IMG/VR virus record: IMGVR_UViG_3300020477_001468
Location: 1 to 64,000 of that record
Source: a virus
DNA: 64,000 bases
Reading direction: 5' to 3' (one strand)
How positions within the stretch are numbered: the first letter of the stretch is position 1; each line of letters begins with the position of its first letter. A program made the position numbers and the translations under genes. Below, piece after piece: positions 37,055-48,381 of the stretch. The notes under the pieces were generated by a model, which made no database searches, was not told the DNA's origin, and saw only the letters and a program-made list of their open reading frames with translations.

Positions 37055-40000
37055 CTAAAGCTATAGCTCTAAGGTCACGAATACGAGGCGGATCACAATT
37101 ATCCGTAGATAACATTCCAACCTTTATTATAAACGACTTGAATCTATCGTATGTTATACCATCAGTAGTATAATTAACAACATCATTTAATGTTTTAAAT
37201 ATATATTCTTTTACATCGTTTGTATTTAAAGAATATAATGATGAGGATGTTTCTTGAGTCAATAAAAAGAAGTTTTTATCATCTAAGGTTTCTGCATCAT
37301 CACCACTAATTACTTTTGCATAAACATATATTTCTGATGTTCTAGGTTTATAAGCATTTAAAATGACTTTTATGTCAGATGCATCAAATCCATCTTCTAA
37401 TGTTACTTTTCTTGTAAGATACTTTGCATTTAAATTTCCACCTTCATTACCTGTTTCACCAATACATACTATAGCTCCACTCGTACCATTGGCTACAGAA
37501 GAATTGGCTACGCTAACAGTTGGTGTTGAAATATAACCTGATCCTGCTGATGTAACTGTAACGCCTGTTATGACACCAGAACTATTATTTTGTACAGTAA
37601 TTGTTGCAACATTAGATGTACCACCACCTGACACAATAGCAGTTGTTAAAGTGTTATAATTTTGTCCGCCATCTGTAATATAAAAATCAGAATTACTTAA
37701 TCCACCATTATCAATATCATTTTCTACTGTAATAACATTCATTCTATCAATATCAATATATGGTGACACTTTTGAATCAGTCGATGCGATACTTGCTTTT
37801 ACATACATTTCACTTGCAGTCGCAGCTTGAAACATCAAACGCGAACTTAAATATGTTGTTTGATCTAAATCTATATTAGAATATGTTGCCGTTGTTGCAC
37901 CAGCAGTATTAGTACCTCTATAACTAAATGTTTGTGTTGTATTTGAAAATTCTAAATGCGAAGAATTTATTTTTATTACATCTGCATGTACATTAGCTGT
38001 ATTTCCAGATAATGGTGTTGCATTAGAACTTAATACAGCCGTTCCAGTTGAACCTGTTGTAAAATCACATCTATTAACTCTAAATGTTATACTTCGTTCA
38101 GGATCAGGTATTGGAACAGTTTGATTCTGAGCTTCATACAATACACCAACATTTGGTTGTGTTGCAATACGTCTTGATGTACCTGTTGAAAGTTCACCAT
38201 TTTTAGCAGTGTAAATTTGATATTCACTACTATTAGTTACAAATGTTAAGGCATATTCATCTGGTGGTAGATAAACTGGTGAATCAAAAGTAAAAGTTGT
38301 TATATGTGACGTATTAGATGTACTTGGCACATTAGCAGACTGTGCATTAACTTCTTCTGGTCGTAATGTTTTTTCTCCAAACGGCACAATTAAATTTGTA
38401 CTTGGTAAATTATTTCTAATTGGTCTTACCTGAAGTGTAATTGGTGCCTGTACCGTTGATGTATTAGCAGTTGCTTTTTGCCTGAAAAACACATCAACAG
38501 AATTTACAAAAACACCTTGAGGATTCTGAGCTTTATCCACAAAAAATGTTTGAGAGAAAGGATTCATATAATTAGAAGTTTTTGAATCTCTTCTTGATTG
38601 GTCAAAATTAACTTTTTCAGACTTTAATTCATCTCTTCTTGATATTGGTAATCTTGTTCCTATAATATTAGCCTCGCCTGTAGCTAATGTTCCTTGAACT
38701 GGATATCTAACTTCTGCAACAGTTGTTGCTGATGATAATGTATGTGTTGATACATCCATAAGTCTAACTAATCTTTCTCCAGATCTAAATGTACCAGCAG
38801 GTATTGTAATACTACCTGCAGTTTCTCCAGCAAGATTAGTATTTGCTCGGGTTGTATTGGTTGGAGTTGTTCTACTTGAAATGGTAGCTGTAATACCACT
38901 TGTTGCACCTATAAGAGTACCCGTACTAAAAGATGATGCTTCTGCTCCAGAAGTCGATAATGTTCTAATATGCATCGTAGCTGTATTACTCGAAGTAGTT
39001 TTACTTACTAATAAGACAACTCCAGTATTTGCTCCTTGAGTAACAGTTTCACCTTTTACAAAATGTGTCTCTGTATTAGCAATAGCTGTAACAGTTAGTA
39101 CAGAAGCAGGTGTTGTATTAGCTGCTGTACCATCAAAATACAAATATACATTTTGACTTGGCTTCATTCCTGTTGCAACATAATTTATTGTTTGAGCTCG
39201 AGTAAATGGAATAATCGATACATCAACAATCTTATTACCTACAGTTCTTTTAATAGCTTCTGGCATGTTGCTTGTTTTAATACCAGTTCTAGTAAAAACC
39301 TGAGAAGATAGTTTAGCTCGTTTTCTGTTTTCAGATGTGTTTCCTAAATCTTTTATACTTAAAGATGGGTCTGTATTAATCTGTTCACCAGACCAAATTT
39401 TTGACCAGTCAGCCCATTGACTACCATGACCATTCTCAGCATCACCAAATTGCCATGCATCATTTATACCTTCTAAGTTAACTAGCACATCAGCTCTAGT
39501 AACTGTATCAAACCATGTATCTGAACTTGGATCAAGTACAACATTTCCAATATGACTCACGAAATTAAATGGATTAACTTCAATATATGAATTACTAGAT
39601 AATGGTTGCTTTATCATAACATTACTTGTATATGGTAATGTCACAACATTGCCTGTTAAAGTCACACTAGAACTATTACTTGAATTGTAATAAAATCTGT
39701 AATTATCAGAATTAAAACTAGGTCTCAATTCTTGAGCATCAAAATCAATGGATGCTTTATAGTCAGGTGATGATACATCACCAACAGAATGTCCTTTAAA
39801 TCCATCTACTAAAATACCATTCTTAAATCTTGAACCTGTAGGATTAAATAAAGAATCTGTAATACCACTTCCTGTAACGTCTCTAGCAGCCGTTTCCTTC
39901 TCTAACAATGTTAATGATGTGTAATATTCAAGATTTTCTATTCTACGTTCCAATTTACCGATATCACGCATTGTAAAGCGTCTATTATCAATATATTTTG

Positions 40001-43000
40001 TTTGCACATCTGAAACATTAAAAGTATAAGCAGGAACTTGAAGAGTATACAATGTCATTGAATCTTCATCATCTGCTGGTGTAATAGGATCTAATGCTGG
40101 AGTACCTTTCTTAACAATAAATTCTCTATCTCTTGTTAAAGTAATTTTATCTGTTCTGCCAAGATAGTATCTAATATTTTGAGTAAAAGAACCATCTATA
40201 TCTGGAACACCACCATCAGCACTCACAGAAATTTCAAGTGCTAGGGTATTAGAACTAATATCATTCGTCGTATTAGCTCCAGATGCATTATTAGCATTTG
40301 CTCTCACTGGTCTAAAATCTAATACATCTCTTAATGGAAATTGTTCACCAGTGACAGGTGATGTATAAGAAGGAATTGTAGAGTAAGAAAACGTATTCTG
40401 TACTGTACCAGATGCATTTCTATTATATCCTGTTGAAGATGTTATATCCGAAGAATAAGAATCAACACTAAAAAATCCTGGATTAGTATCTGGATCAAAA
40501 TGATCCACAATAACTAAAATACGTCCTGTTGGAGCAGCAGCTCCTGGTTTTAAGATTATGGCACCATGATCATAAAGATTATCTCTTTGACCTGTATCTA
40601 AAGTATAATTTGCTGTTATATCTTTTGAAGTATTACTAATATCTGCTAATGATGGCCATTGTGCTGTATCTTGAGAATCAACAACTTTTACTAAATGAAA
40701 GATATCTGCAATCATTAAATTATCTTTAAGGCCAGAAGTTCTATTAGGTGTTTGTATAAAAACTTGACCTTTTGTTGTGACAGTTGTACCTGCTGTAATA
40801 GCTGTTGTATTACCTACAATTAAAGACTTTGATCTTGCACTTGAATTAGCAACTTGAACTGTTGATAAAATTTCAGTTGTAATTGCTCCTGATGTATTAC
40901 AGTGTATATCTACTGTATCACTACCTGCACCTTTAACTTCAATGTTTCTGTTTGTTCCTGTAGCAAAAGATAGTACCTGACCATTTGATATACTTTCACT
41001 AGTACCACCTCCATCAGTAACTCCAGAAGCACTTTTAACTGTTACAATAAAATTCTCTAATGATTCAGTAGCTGATAAGACTTTTGTTCCAGGCATAAAT
41101 GATCCACCAGTAGTAGTAGTTGTAAAACTGATACCACCAATACTATTTGAGGTTTTTTGATCAAATCGTTTATACTGATACGTTACACCATTGGGTAATG
41201 TACTAATAGGAGAATAGGGATATGGAAATAATAATAAATTTCTGTTCGTATCAGATACTATAGTATTACCATTTGGATCATTGTTGTATTTTGATAATTC
41301 ATCTACATCTGCAGACGTTGAGATATAAACATTTGTTGTTGTACTGCTGATATTGGCTGATTGATCCTCTTTACTGTGAGGAATAATCATTGAATCCATA
41401 TCAGATAATGTAAATGACAAAGTAAATGTTGAATTGGATCTAACATTTTGTGTTAAATCTGTATTTGCAGTTGCTGTATGTTCACCACCTATTACTTTAT
41501 AGTCAGCAATTGTAACAGTATCGCTTGAAGTGTTTGAGCCATAAGTTGTATTAACTACAAGTTTTGCTCCAACATATGCATTATTAGCTTGAGACGTTGT
41601 TGCAGGAGGTAGTTTTATATCAGTTTTTGATGTACCTTCTGCACCTGCTACTTCTCCAGTAAGTTTTTTGTCTACGCGAATATCGTATAAACTTGTTGCA
41701 TAAGTAGAATGAAAATGAGTTGTATTTGCTGTATCTGAATCTGTCTGCTCCCAATCTATTTGTCGTATTCTAGCAGTACCAATTTTTGTAGCATGATATA
41801 AGGTAGTTGCATTCGCAGAATTGATTTGAGCATTAACACTAGCAGTGGTAGTACAATGTAAGTCAACTAACTCATGTTTATGTGTTTCAAACAAGCCAGA
41901 AAGATTTTTAACATGTACTTTATTACCAAAACTAGATGCTAAACTGTAAGCAGAAATAGTCTCTGTTGTTCTTGCTTTATCTATATCTTTATAGGTTGTC
42001 GCAATAGTTTCAAATTCAAAACCTTTAACATAAGCCTTTCCTGGTTCCAGACCAGCAGATAACTTTGTAGCAGTTCCACCCACATGTTCGACTAATTGCA
42101 GACCAAATGGCCTCACAGTATAATCACCACTTTCATCAAATGTTCTTCTTGCTAAAGTTTTTTCTATCTCCCCATATAAGGGATATTTGACTTCTTTAGT
42201 TTTTTGACCATTCTCAACTCTTAATAGTTCTATAAAATTTTCATCTGCTACTTGTTCAACATCATCTGTTGCCGTCAGATCTTTAGCTGTTAGCGATAAT
42301 GTTACTTTTAATCTGTTTGCACCAGGTGCTGCATAGTTTGTTGTACCTGCAGCATTATCTAAAATATTAGCATCTCCTGTTGAATCTATAGTAGCTTCTG
42401 TAATAGTTAAACCAACTTTCTTTGTTGGTGTGGCACTATACTTTTCTAAACTAACTGATTCTTTAGGTGATCTGACGAAAAAACCATCAACAAAAAAAGC
42501 ACCTTCTGATATACTAGCTATACTTCCACCAGCCTGTGCTCCACTTACACCCGATGCTCCAGTTGAACTAACAGAATTTGCACTAACAGAAGAAGATTCT
42601 ATAGTTGTAACTGTTTCACCATCAGAGAAATTATTGGCACCTAACAAATTAAACATCAACGTTGGTTGTTCTGTTGCTGTTGCTTCTTCAACTTTAATAA
42701 CTTTACCTTGAGCTTTTGAAGTGCTACCTATAATCAGCTTATCAGCAAAATTCGCAAGGTTAATTGCTGCTCCGGAGAAATTAACTTCTAATTTCAATGA
42801 TTTGACTTGTGTATCTAAAGTTAGATCACCACCATAAACTTTACTACCATTTTGAAACATATGCAAACCAGATCTTTCAAGCTGGTATTGTAGTAAAGTT
42901 TGTAGCTGTGTTAATTCTCTAGCTTGTACACCATATCCTGGTCTAAACAAGATACGATAGTAATCATTCGACGGTGCAGCATCATCATAATATGGTGATA

Positions 43001-43025
43001 CATTAAAATTTGTTGTTAGTGCCAT
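37047..43025 (-). CDS. Large virion/baseplate protein, VrlC/DUF4815-like
   Basis: NFNVSPYYDD, LFRPG..VQARELTQLQ, LARRTFDESGDY, RRFTMRDIG.LE.RI and PRIRDLRAIAL. Confidence 0.88.
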   Translation of the reverse strand: MALTTNFNVSPYYDDAAPSNDYYRILFRPGYGVQARELTQLQTLLQYQLERSGLHMFQNGSKVYGGDLTLDTQVKSLKLEVNFSGAAINLANFADKLIIGSTSKAQGKVIKVEEATATEQPTLMFNLLGANNFSDGETVTTIESSSVSANSVSSTGASGVSGAQAGGSIASISEGAFFVDGFFVRSPKESVSLEKYSATPTKKVGLTITEATIDSTGDANILDNAAGTTNYAAPGANRLKVTLSLTAKDLTATDDVEQVADENFIELLRVENGQKTKEVKYPLYGEIEKTLARRTFDESGDYTVRPFGLQLVEHVGGTATKLSAGLEPGKAYVKGFEFETIATTYKDIDKARTTETISAYSLASSFGNKVHVKNLSGLFETHKHELVDLHCTTTASVNAQINSANATTLYHATKIGTARIRQIDWEQTDSDTANTTHFHSTYATSLYDIRVDKKLTGEVAGAEGTSKTDIKLPPATTSQANNAYVGAKLVVNTTYGSNTSSDTVTIADYKVIGGEHTATANTDLTQNVRSNSTFTLSFTLSDMDSMIIPHSKEDQSANISSTTTNVYISTSADVDELSKYNNDPNGNTIVSDTNRNLLLFPYPYSPISTLPNGVTYQYKRFDQKTSNSIGGISFTTTTTGGSFMPGTKVLSATESLENFIVTVKSASGVTDGGGTSESISNGQVLSFATGTNRNIEVKGAGSDTVDIHCNTSGAITTEILSTVQVANSSARSKSLIVGNTTAITAGTTVTTKGQVFIQTPNRTSGLKDNLMIADIFHLVKVVDSQDTAQWPSLADISNTSKDITANYTLDTGQRDNLYDHGAIILKPGAAAPTGRILVIVDHFDPDTNPGFFSVDSYSSDITSSTGYNRNASGTVQNTFSYSTIPSYTSPVTGEQFPLRDVLDFRPVRANANNASGANTTNDISSNTLALEISVSADGGVPDIDGSFTQNIRYYLGRTDKITLTRDREFIVKKGTPALDPITPADDEDSMTLYTLQVPAYTFNVSDVQTKYIDNRRFTMRDIGKLERRIENLEYYTSLTLLEKETAARDVTGSGITDSLFNPTGSRFKNGILVDGFKGHSVGDVSSPDYKASIDFDAQELRPSFNSDNYRFYYNSSNSSSVTLTGNVVTLPYTSNVMIKQPLSSNSYIEVNPFNFVSHIGNVVLDPSSDTWFDTVTRADVLVNLEGINDAWQFGDAENGHGSQWADWSKIWSGEQINTDPSLSIKDLGNTSENRKRAKLSSQVFTRTGIKTSNMPEAIKRTVGNKIVDVSIIPFTRAQTINYVATGMKPSQNVYLYFDGTAANTTPASVLTVTAIANTETHFVKGETVTQGANTGVVLLVSKTTSSNTATMHIRTLSTSGAEASSFSTGTLIGATSGITATISSRTTPTNTTRANTNLAGETAGSITIPAGTFRSGERLVRLMDVSTHTLSSATTVAEVRYPVQGTLATGEANIIGTRLPISRRDELKSEKVNFDQSRRDSKTSNYMNPFSQTFFVDKAQNPQGVFVNSVDVFFRQKATANTSTVQAPITLQVRPIRNNLPSTNLIVPFGEKTLRPEEVNAQSANVPSTSNTSHITTFTFDSPVYLPPDEYALTFVTNSSEYQIYTAKNGELSTGTSRRIATQPNVGVLYEAQNQTVPIPDPERSITFRVNRCDFTTGSTGTAVLSSNATPLSGNTANVHADVIKINSSHLEFSNTTQTFSYRGTNTAGATTATYSNIDLDQTTYLSSRLMFQAATASEMYVKASIASTDSKVSPYIDIDRMNVITVENDIDNGGLSNSDFYITDGGQNYNTLTTAIVSGGGTSNVATITVQNNSSGVITGVTVTSAGSGYISTPTVSVANSSVANGTSGAIVCIGETGNEGGNLNAKYLTRKVTLEDGFDASDIKVILNAYKPRTSEIYVYAKVISGDDAETLDDKNFFLLTQETSSSLYSLNTNDVKEYIFKTLNDVVNYTTDGITYDRFKSFIIKVGMLSTDNCDPPRIRDLRAIALDE

Positions 43026-43036
43026 TTTGTCTCAGA

Positions 43037-44704
43037 CTAAAAATTAATAATTAGTTTAACATCTTCTATTTGATCACTTGCTCTTGCAATCGGTGATCTG
43101 TTTTCTACATAAAGTATTTCACCTGAAAAAGGTTTAAATGCACCAGCAGAAATCGATGTTGAATTAGCTGTTGGATCAGAACCTGAAACTGTTAATGCTT
43201 CATTTGTTTGAAATGATCCAGGTAATCCATCATACCCATTAGTCGTATTTCCACCATGTGTCACCGAAACAAGTCTTAACTTTTTGGTTGCATGAGTCCA
43301 GTCTACAACTCTTCCTGTTGCACCTGATTTCGCACCAGTTACCAATTCATCTGCAACATATGTTCCAGCTGTATTTGAATAAGACTGACATGTAATTGTA
43401 ACAGCCTGATCTGCTGTAGTAGCTGTTGCAACAGCACCTGCAGAAGTAAGTGGCTGAGCTACTAAACCAATTTTACGGAAGTCATTAGATACTGAAAAAG
43501 CACCTGACTCTGTATTTTCTAATCTAGTATTAATCATTACATTAAATCCACCTAATTCTTCAACAGCATCATATCCATGGCCCATATATGGCTCAATAAT
43601 AGCTGTACCTGTGGCACCTGAACCATGTGAACTATTTGCAGTAACTGTAACAACTGCGTTAGAATAACTGTTTCCAGCATTGATTACAGTATAACCAGTA
43701 ACTTGAGCACTATTAGAACCAGTGGCTCTTACATTAGCTGCTTGACCGTCACCTGTAATAGCAACTTTTGGAGCAATAACAAATGCATCTCCATTAGCAG
43801 GAGCAGAGCCAATTGCAGCACCAATTGTAACAGTTTTAGTTGATCCAACATAGTTTGTGATCGTACCACCCATGCCAGAAGCATTTCCTGCTGTAAAATA
43901 AATATCAGATCCAACATAGATATCATCCGTACCACTTGCACCAGAATGTAAAATGAAAGTAGTAGTATTATGAGAACCTGTACCTAAACTGTTAGACTCA
44001 AAAATATAACTTGAGCCAGTTGCCAGTTTATTAACAATATTCACTTGACCAGAAATTGCAGCCACTTCAACTGCTCTTTGATTCTCATTCTCTTGAGTCG
44101 CTGTTGGCATTCCTGTTGTACTTGTCTTACCAAAAGCATTCGCATGTCTTATCTGTTGGGCAGGTATGTATGACGTTGTAGCAAATTTTAATGCTTTTGC
44201 TGCAGAAACTGTATACATAAACTTCCACTTATATCCATCAGATCCTGGTGTAATAATTGCAGTACCAGTACCAGATGGTTTATCAGTACTTGCACCAGAA
44301 CCATTTGCAAGACATTTGTATACATTATATTCATCTGTCATTACATGAAATGCTTGTGAATACAAATCGTTGTTTGCATGTGTGTATGCAAAATATTTTG
44401 TTCCGGATGTCCAATCATTTCTTGTAACACAATGTGTTACATCCGCCGCAGTAATTTTCTTAGCAGCAATCATATCACGCCAATTTTCGTAATATGAATT
44501 AGCTATTGAATCTGTTGGCGTAGGTGGATTATTATCATCCGCAAAAGCACTAATACCTCCGATAAAGACATACATGTTAGTTTCTAACGATGTATCTCCA
44601 GCTGAAGTATTAGCAAAAGTAGTAAATCCTGCGTCTTCATCAAATGCTTCAACAAATTGTTTTGCATTATGAAGCCGGAATTTTTTTGAAACTAAGGCAG
44701 GCAT
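43037..44704 (-). CDS. gp8: Baseplate wedge subunit (T4 gp8-like)
   Basis: NVYKCL, DGYKWKFMY and GEILYVENR..I.R..DQIEDVKLII. Confidence 0.88.
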   Translation of the reverse strand: MPALVSKKFRLHNAKQFVEAFDEDAGFTTFANTSAGDTSLETNMYVFIGGISAFADDNNPPTPTDSIANSYYENWRDMIAAKKITAADVTHCVTRNDWTSGTKYFAYTHANNDLYSQAFHVMTDEYNVYKCLANGSGASTDKPSGTGTAIITPGSDGYKWKFMYTVSAAKALKFATTSYIPAQQIRHANAFGKTSTTGMPTATQENENQRAVEVAAISGQVNIVNKLATGSSYIFESNSLGTGSHNTTTFILHSGASGTDDIYVGSDIYFTAGNASGMGGTITNYVGSTKTVTIGAAIGSAPANGDAFVIAPKVAITGDGQAANVRATGSNSAQVTGYTVINAGNSYSNAVVTVTANSSHGSGATGTAIIEPYMGHGYDAVEELGGFNVMINTRLENTESGAFSVSNDFRKIGLVAQPLTSAGAVATATTADQAVTITCQSYSNTAGTYVADELVTGAKSGATGRVVDWTHATKKLRLVSVTHGGNTTNGYDGLPGSFQTNEALTVSGSDPTANSTSISAGAFKPFSGEILYVENRSPIARASDQIEDVKLIINF

Positions 44705-44729
44705 ATTAAATTCTCCTATTATTTTTTAT

Positions 44730-44737
44730 TATTTATG
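44730..44737 (-). promoter_or_regulatory. T4-type late promoter (CATAAATA) upstream of gp8
   Basis: Box overlaps the gp7 stop; a GGAG RBS follows. Confidence 0.55.
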
Positions 44738-47700
44738 GTTTATCCCTTAACGCAAATGCTTCCGTGTTGAAGTCATTCAATCCGACTGGTAAGTATACTG
44801 AATGATTACATCCAGATACGGTAAACGTTGTTGTATTAGTACTCTGTACTCTATATTTAGCTTCTTCTTTCCAGTGGAATTTAATTGGCAGACCGTCAAA
44901 ATCATGAGTTGCTGTTTCAAACAATATCATGTCATTTTCAGTAAGTAAATTACCTAAGGTAGATTCGTTACCATTATATGATCCATCACCATACGGTACA
45001 CCATCTTCCAATAAAAAGTTGTCTCCTGCATCCGCAGAACCATTAGTACTATCTATTACCATATTATCATCTTCAGCTACTAAGCGTATATCAGATAAGA
45101 AAATCTCATCCCCTACAACTGATTGCGGAATAAATGTTGGTCCTGTTACATGAGATAACAAAAGAGCAGCATAATGTGATAAAGTTAGGTCTGTCATAGT
45201 TGCTGTAGGACTAAAAGTATCTAAAAAATCTTGAATCGTTGGCACAGTTCGTATTACAGTTGCATTTGCTTCTGTAAAAGATGCTACACCATACGGACGC
45301 CATACACTTGTAACAAAGTTGTCCGTAACAGCGTGTGTAACATTAAATGTGGTTTCTATTTCTTCTTCAAGTGTTTCTGTAGAACCACCTACTAAAGCAG
45401 CACTTAGTACTGGTTCGTGCTCAATTTCAGATTGATTAGTTAATGTATTTTGTACATCTATAGGATTATCATCCCATTCTATTATCCTGTTTATATATTC
45501 TAATTTTTGTATTAAGGTACTTGCAGGATTAACTACAGGAAAGAAAGGTATTACATGTTCGCTACTGGTTGCTATTGTTGTATCTAATGCTGTTGGTATT
45601 ATTTCAAGTTCAGGTTCATAATCTACTGCAGTATCTGGTAAATCTATAGTATTAAATTCTGTAAATTTTATTACATATTCTGGTGTTTGTATTAAATCAC
45701 TCGCAGGATTAATTGCTGCTTGCGTTTCAGTAAAATTAATATGTAATTCAGTTAAATTAGCATTAGCATCTAAGTAATTCATATTTAATGGAGTAGGTTC
45801 TAATACTAAACCACTTACGCTCGGAGCTTTGTCTAATTCCAAAGCCATTGTTGAACGTATTGCTATTTCTCCAAAAAGGGCCCAACCTGCTGGATGTAAA
45901 AATGCTTTAACATTATCTCTAAAATCTGTAATTGGTACATTTGTTTTTAAGACATAAGAATAATCTTGATAATAATATGAATCCTGTATTTTATCTTTAC
46001 CAGATATCAAACTATCCTCATTTGCATATTCACCAGGATTAGTAGCAAGTGCACCAATTGTTGCTCTTAAATCAGCATTGTTATCTCCTGATGGAGCAGA
46101 AACAGTTGGAACAGACGTAAAACCTATACCAAAGTCAGCTATCGTAATAGATGTTATTGAACCTATAGCTAAGTTACCTGATGTTACTACAGCATTATTT
46201 CCTCTCATTGAATTGTCTACTGAAACAACATTTGTAGAAGCAGCAGTTGAATTTGCTGTTGTTGTTAACTGTAGAACAGGTTCATCAGGAAGAAAAGGAA
46301 CAGACTCCATTCTAAACTGTCCCATCGTTGAACTTGTTCCACTATAAGAACCATGAGTTGGATCATACCCATCTTCTAAGAGAATATTATCACCAGCATC
46401 TGCAGTTCCATTTGTACTATCTAAAACAAGTAACGTAGCAACCGATCTTATTCTAATAGTAGAAAATGTTGAGTTGCTTTTATTTGTAATAAAAGGATCT
46501 AAAATTTCACCTGCAGCCCCACTTGTTTGTCCTTGAATTGTTTTACCATGAGAAAATAAAAATTGTACATTAGCAGCAAGATTTAAGAATTTGGATCTTG
46601 GTCCTAATGTACCATCGTCATTATTAAATGCTGTTATAGTGTTTTGTGAAGCAGTAATATCAGGTGCAGTTTTATAACCAGTTCCCACTGCTGTAACAAT
46701 AGATGTCTTTAAAGAACCAAAAGCAGTTTCAGTTAATTCAAGACTTCCAAAATACTGAGTAGCACTAACAGGAATTACACCAGCAACAGTTGTGCTTGTA
46801 CTTGAAACAGCATCACCATTTGCATAATAAGCTGAAATAGGAGTACCATTATCTCCATTAAAAAAATTAGGTTGAAATTCATCTTTTAGTGCATAAATGA
46901 TGGATGTACCATCTGGAGCAGAAATTACTGTTCCAACAATATTATTTGCAGTATCACACACAAACATTCCTGGTCCATAATTTGCAGAACTACCAACCGT
47001 CATGTCAAATGTAGTAGTTGTATTAGAATAAAGATGTGTATTTACATTATGTCCACCTAATAATCCAGTATAATCAGCTGCATTAAGTGCTATAGAAGCA
47101 AATGGAGTTATAGCTATACCAGCACCAAATCTTCGAGCAGTACCCGACTGATGCATAGATGTTGCTTTTCCAGCAGCACCAGTACCTGATTCACTAAAAT
47201 ATGTAAATACTTCTGTACCAAGATAACCATCTCCACCATCGGCTATATCAATTTCATTTACAGCACCTTGTGCTATTGAATTGATTGAAGCAGTTGCATC
47301 AATTCCACCTCCACCAGCAATTGTTAAGGAATCACCAACTTCATAACTTGTTCCACCAGAAACTATTGAAATGTTGTCGATCTGTGACATTAATCGACCT
47401 GAAGCAACTATGTCTGTATCATTCGATGTCTCAATATATTCACCAGGTGAAAAAGTACCCTTAATGTCTGATAATACCAATCTTGTTAAATGATATGGAG
47501 CTTTTATAAGTGAACTTTGTGACTGCACAACAGCAGAAGCTTCTGATGTTGTACCAGTTATAGTTTTTCCACCAAAATATAATTCATTTTCAGCTGTAGT
47601 ATTATCAACAAAAATAACTTTATCAACAGCCCAATTGGCATCAGATACTTTAAAAAGATATTCTTTAGGATATGTAAATTCTAATTGATTATCATCATAA

Positions 47701-48380
47701 AGTGCTCTCCACAACCACCTATAGGAATCCTCACTACCTCTCGACCTATAAATTTTATCAGCAATTGAGATTAATTTACGTAAATCAGTTTTTGCAGTTC
47801 GAGGAAGGTGAGGGGCATATTCTTTTCTAAACAACTCTAAAAATTCATCTGTGGTAGACATGATATCAGTGATATCTTCTAAGCTCCTACCTAGCTGTAA
47901 AACACCTTTATCCTGTACTTCAACTAATGTGGCTTGTGTTCTATTTGCTGATCCAGTAAATGTTTCACCTTTAACAAATTGACCAAAAATAGGTTTTACA
48001 TATAAATGATGAGGAGTGATAGCAGCATGACCACCAGCTAATTGTCCATATGGTTGTGTTCCTACAAGCAGTCCTATTGCAGCAGATGTGCCACCTGTTA
48101 TCGTTTCACCTACTATAAAAGCATCTCTGTCAACATCTCTAATTGAATCAAAAATTATTGAGCCGGTTCCTGTTGCTTCTTCTAATTCAATACCTTCAAA
48201 CCCAGCTTCATTTTCTAGGAGTGGTTGATATTCATTTAAAACTAAATCTGAAAAATGGAAGTGTTGGGCTTCTAGGTATTCATAATATTTTTCTAAAAAA
48301 ACGTATAACCTAGAATTGTCATCAACAAAAAACTCAGGTAATTGAGTTCTAATTAAGGAACTTGTTAACTCTTTTGCCAC
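44733..48380 (-). CDS. gp7: Baseplate wedge initiator (T4 gp7-like)
   Basis: QLPEF, FLEKYYEYLE, YRSRGS, IQDSYYYQDYSYV and HPAG; lies between gp6 and gp8. Confidence 0.8.
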   Translation of the reverse strand: MAKELTSSLIRTQLPEFFVDDNSRLYVFLEKYYEYLEAQHFHFSDLVLNEYQPLLENEAGFEGIELEEATGTGSIIFDSIRDVDRDAFIVGETITGGTSAAIGLLVGTQPYGQLAGGHAAITPHHLYVKPIFGQFVKGETFTGSANRTQATLVEVQDKGVLQLGRSLEDITDIMSTTDEFLELFRKEYAPHLPRTAKTDLRKLISIADKIYRSRGSEDSYRWLWRALYDDNQLEFTYPKEYLFKVSDANWAVDKVIFVDNTTAENELYFGGKTITGTTSEASAVVQSQSSLIKAPYHLTRLVLSDIKGTFSPGEYIETSNDTDIVASGRLMSQIDNISIVSGGTSYEVGDSLTIAGGGGIDATASINSIAQGAVNEIDIADGGDGYLGTEVFTYFSESGTGAAGKATSMHQSGTARRFGAGIAITPFASIALNAADYTGLLGGHNVNTHLYSNTTTTFDMTVGSSANYGPGMFVCDTANNIVGTVISAPDGTSIIYALKDEFQPNFFNGDNGTPISAYYANGDAVSSTSTTVAGVIPVSATQYFGSLELTETAFGSLKTSIVTAVGTGYKTAPDITASQNTITAFNNDDGTLGPRSKFLNLAANVQFLFSHGKTIQGQTSGAAGEILDPFITNKSNSTFSTIRIRSVATLLVLDSTNGTADAGDNILLEDGYDPTHGSYSGTSSTMGQFRMESVPFLPDEPVLQLTTTANSTAASTNVVSVDNSMRGNNAVVTSGNLAIGSITSITIADFGIGFTSVPTVSAPSGDNNADLRATIGALATNPGEYANEDSLISGKDKIQDSYYYQDYSYVLKTNVPITDFRDNVKAFLHPAGWALFGEIAIRSTMALELDKAPSVSGLVLEPTPLNMNYLDANANLTELHINFTETQAAINPASDLIQTPEYVIKFTEFNTIDLPDTAVDYEPELEIIPTALDTTIATSSEHVIPFFPVVNPASTLIQKLEYINRIIEWDDNPIDVQNTLTNQSEIEHEPVLSAALVGGSTETLEEEIETTFNVTHAVTDNFVTSVWRPYGVASFTEANATVIRTVPTIQDFLDTFSPTATMTDLTLSHYAALLLSHVTGPTFIPQSVVGDEIFLSDIRLVAEDDNMVIDSTNGSADAGDNFLLEDGVPYGDGSYNGNESTLGNLLTENDMILFETATHDFDGLPIKFHWKEEAKYRVQSTNTTTFTVSGCNHSVYLPVGLNDFNTEAFALRDKP

Positions 48381-48381
48381 A

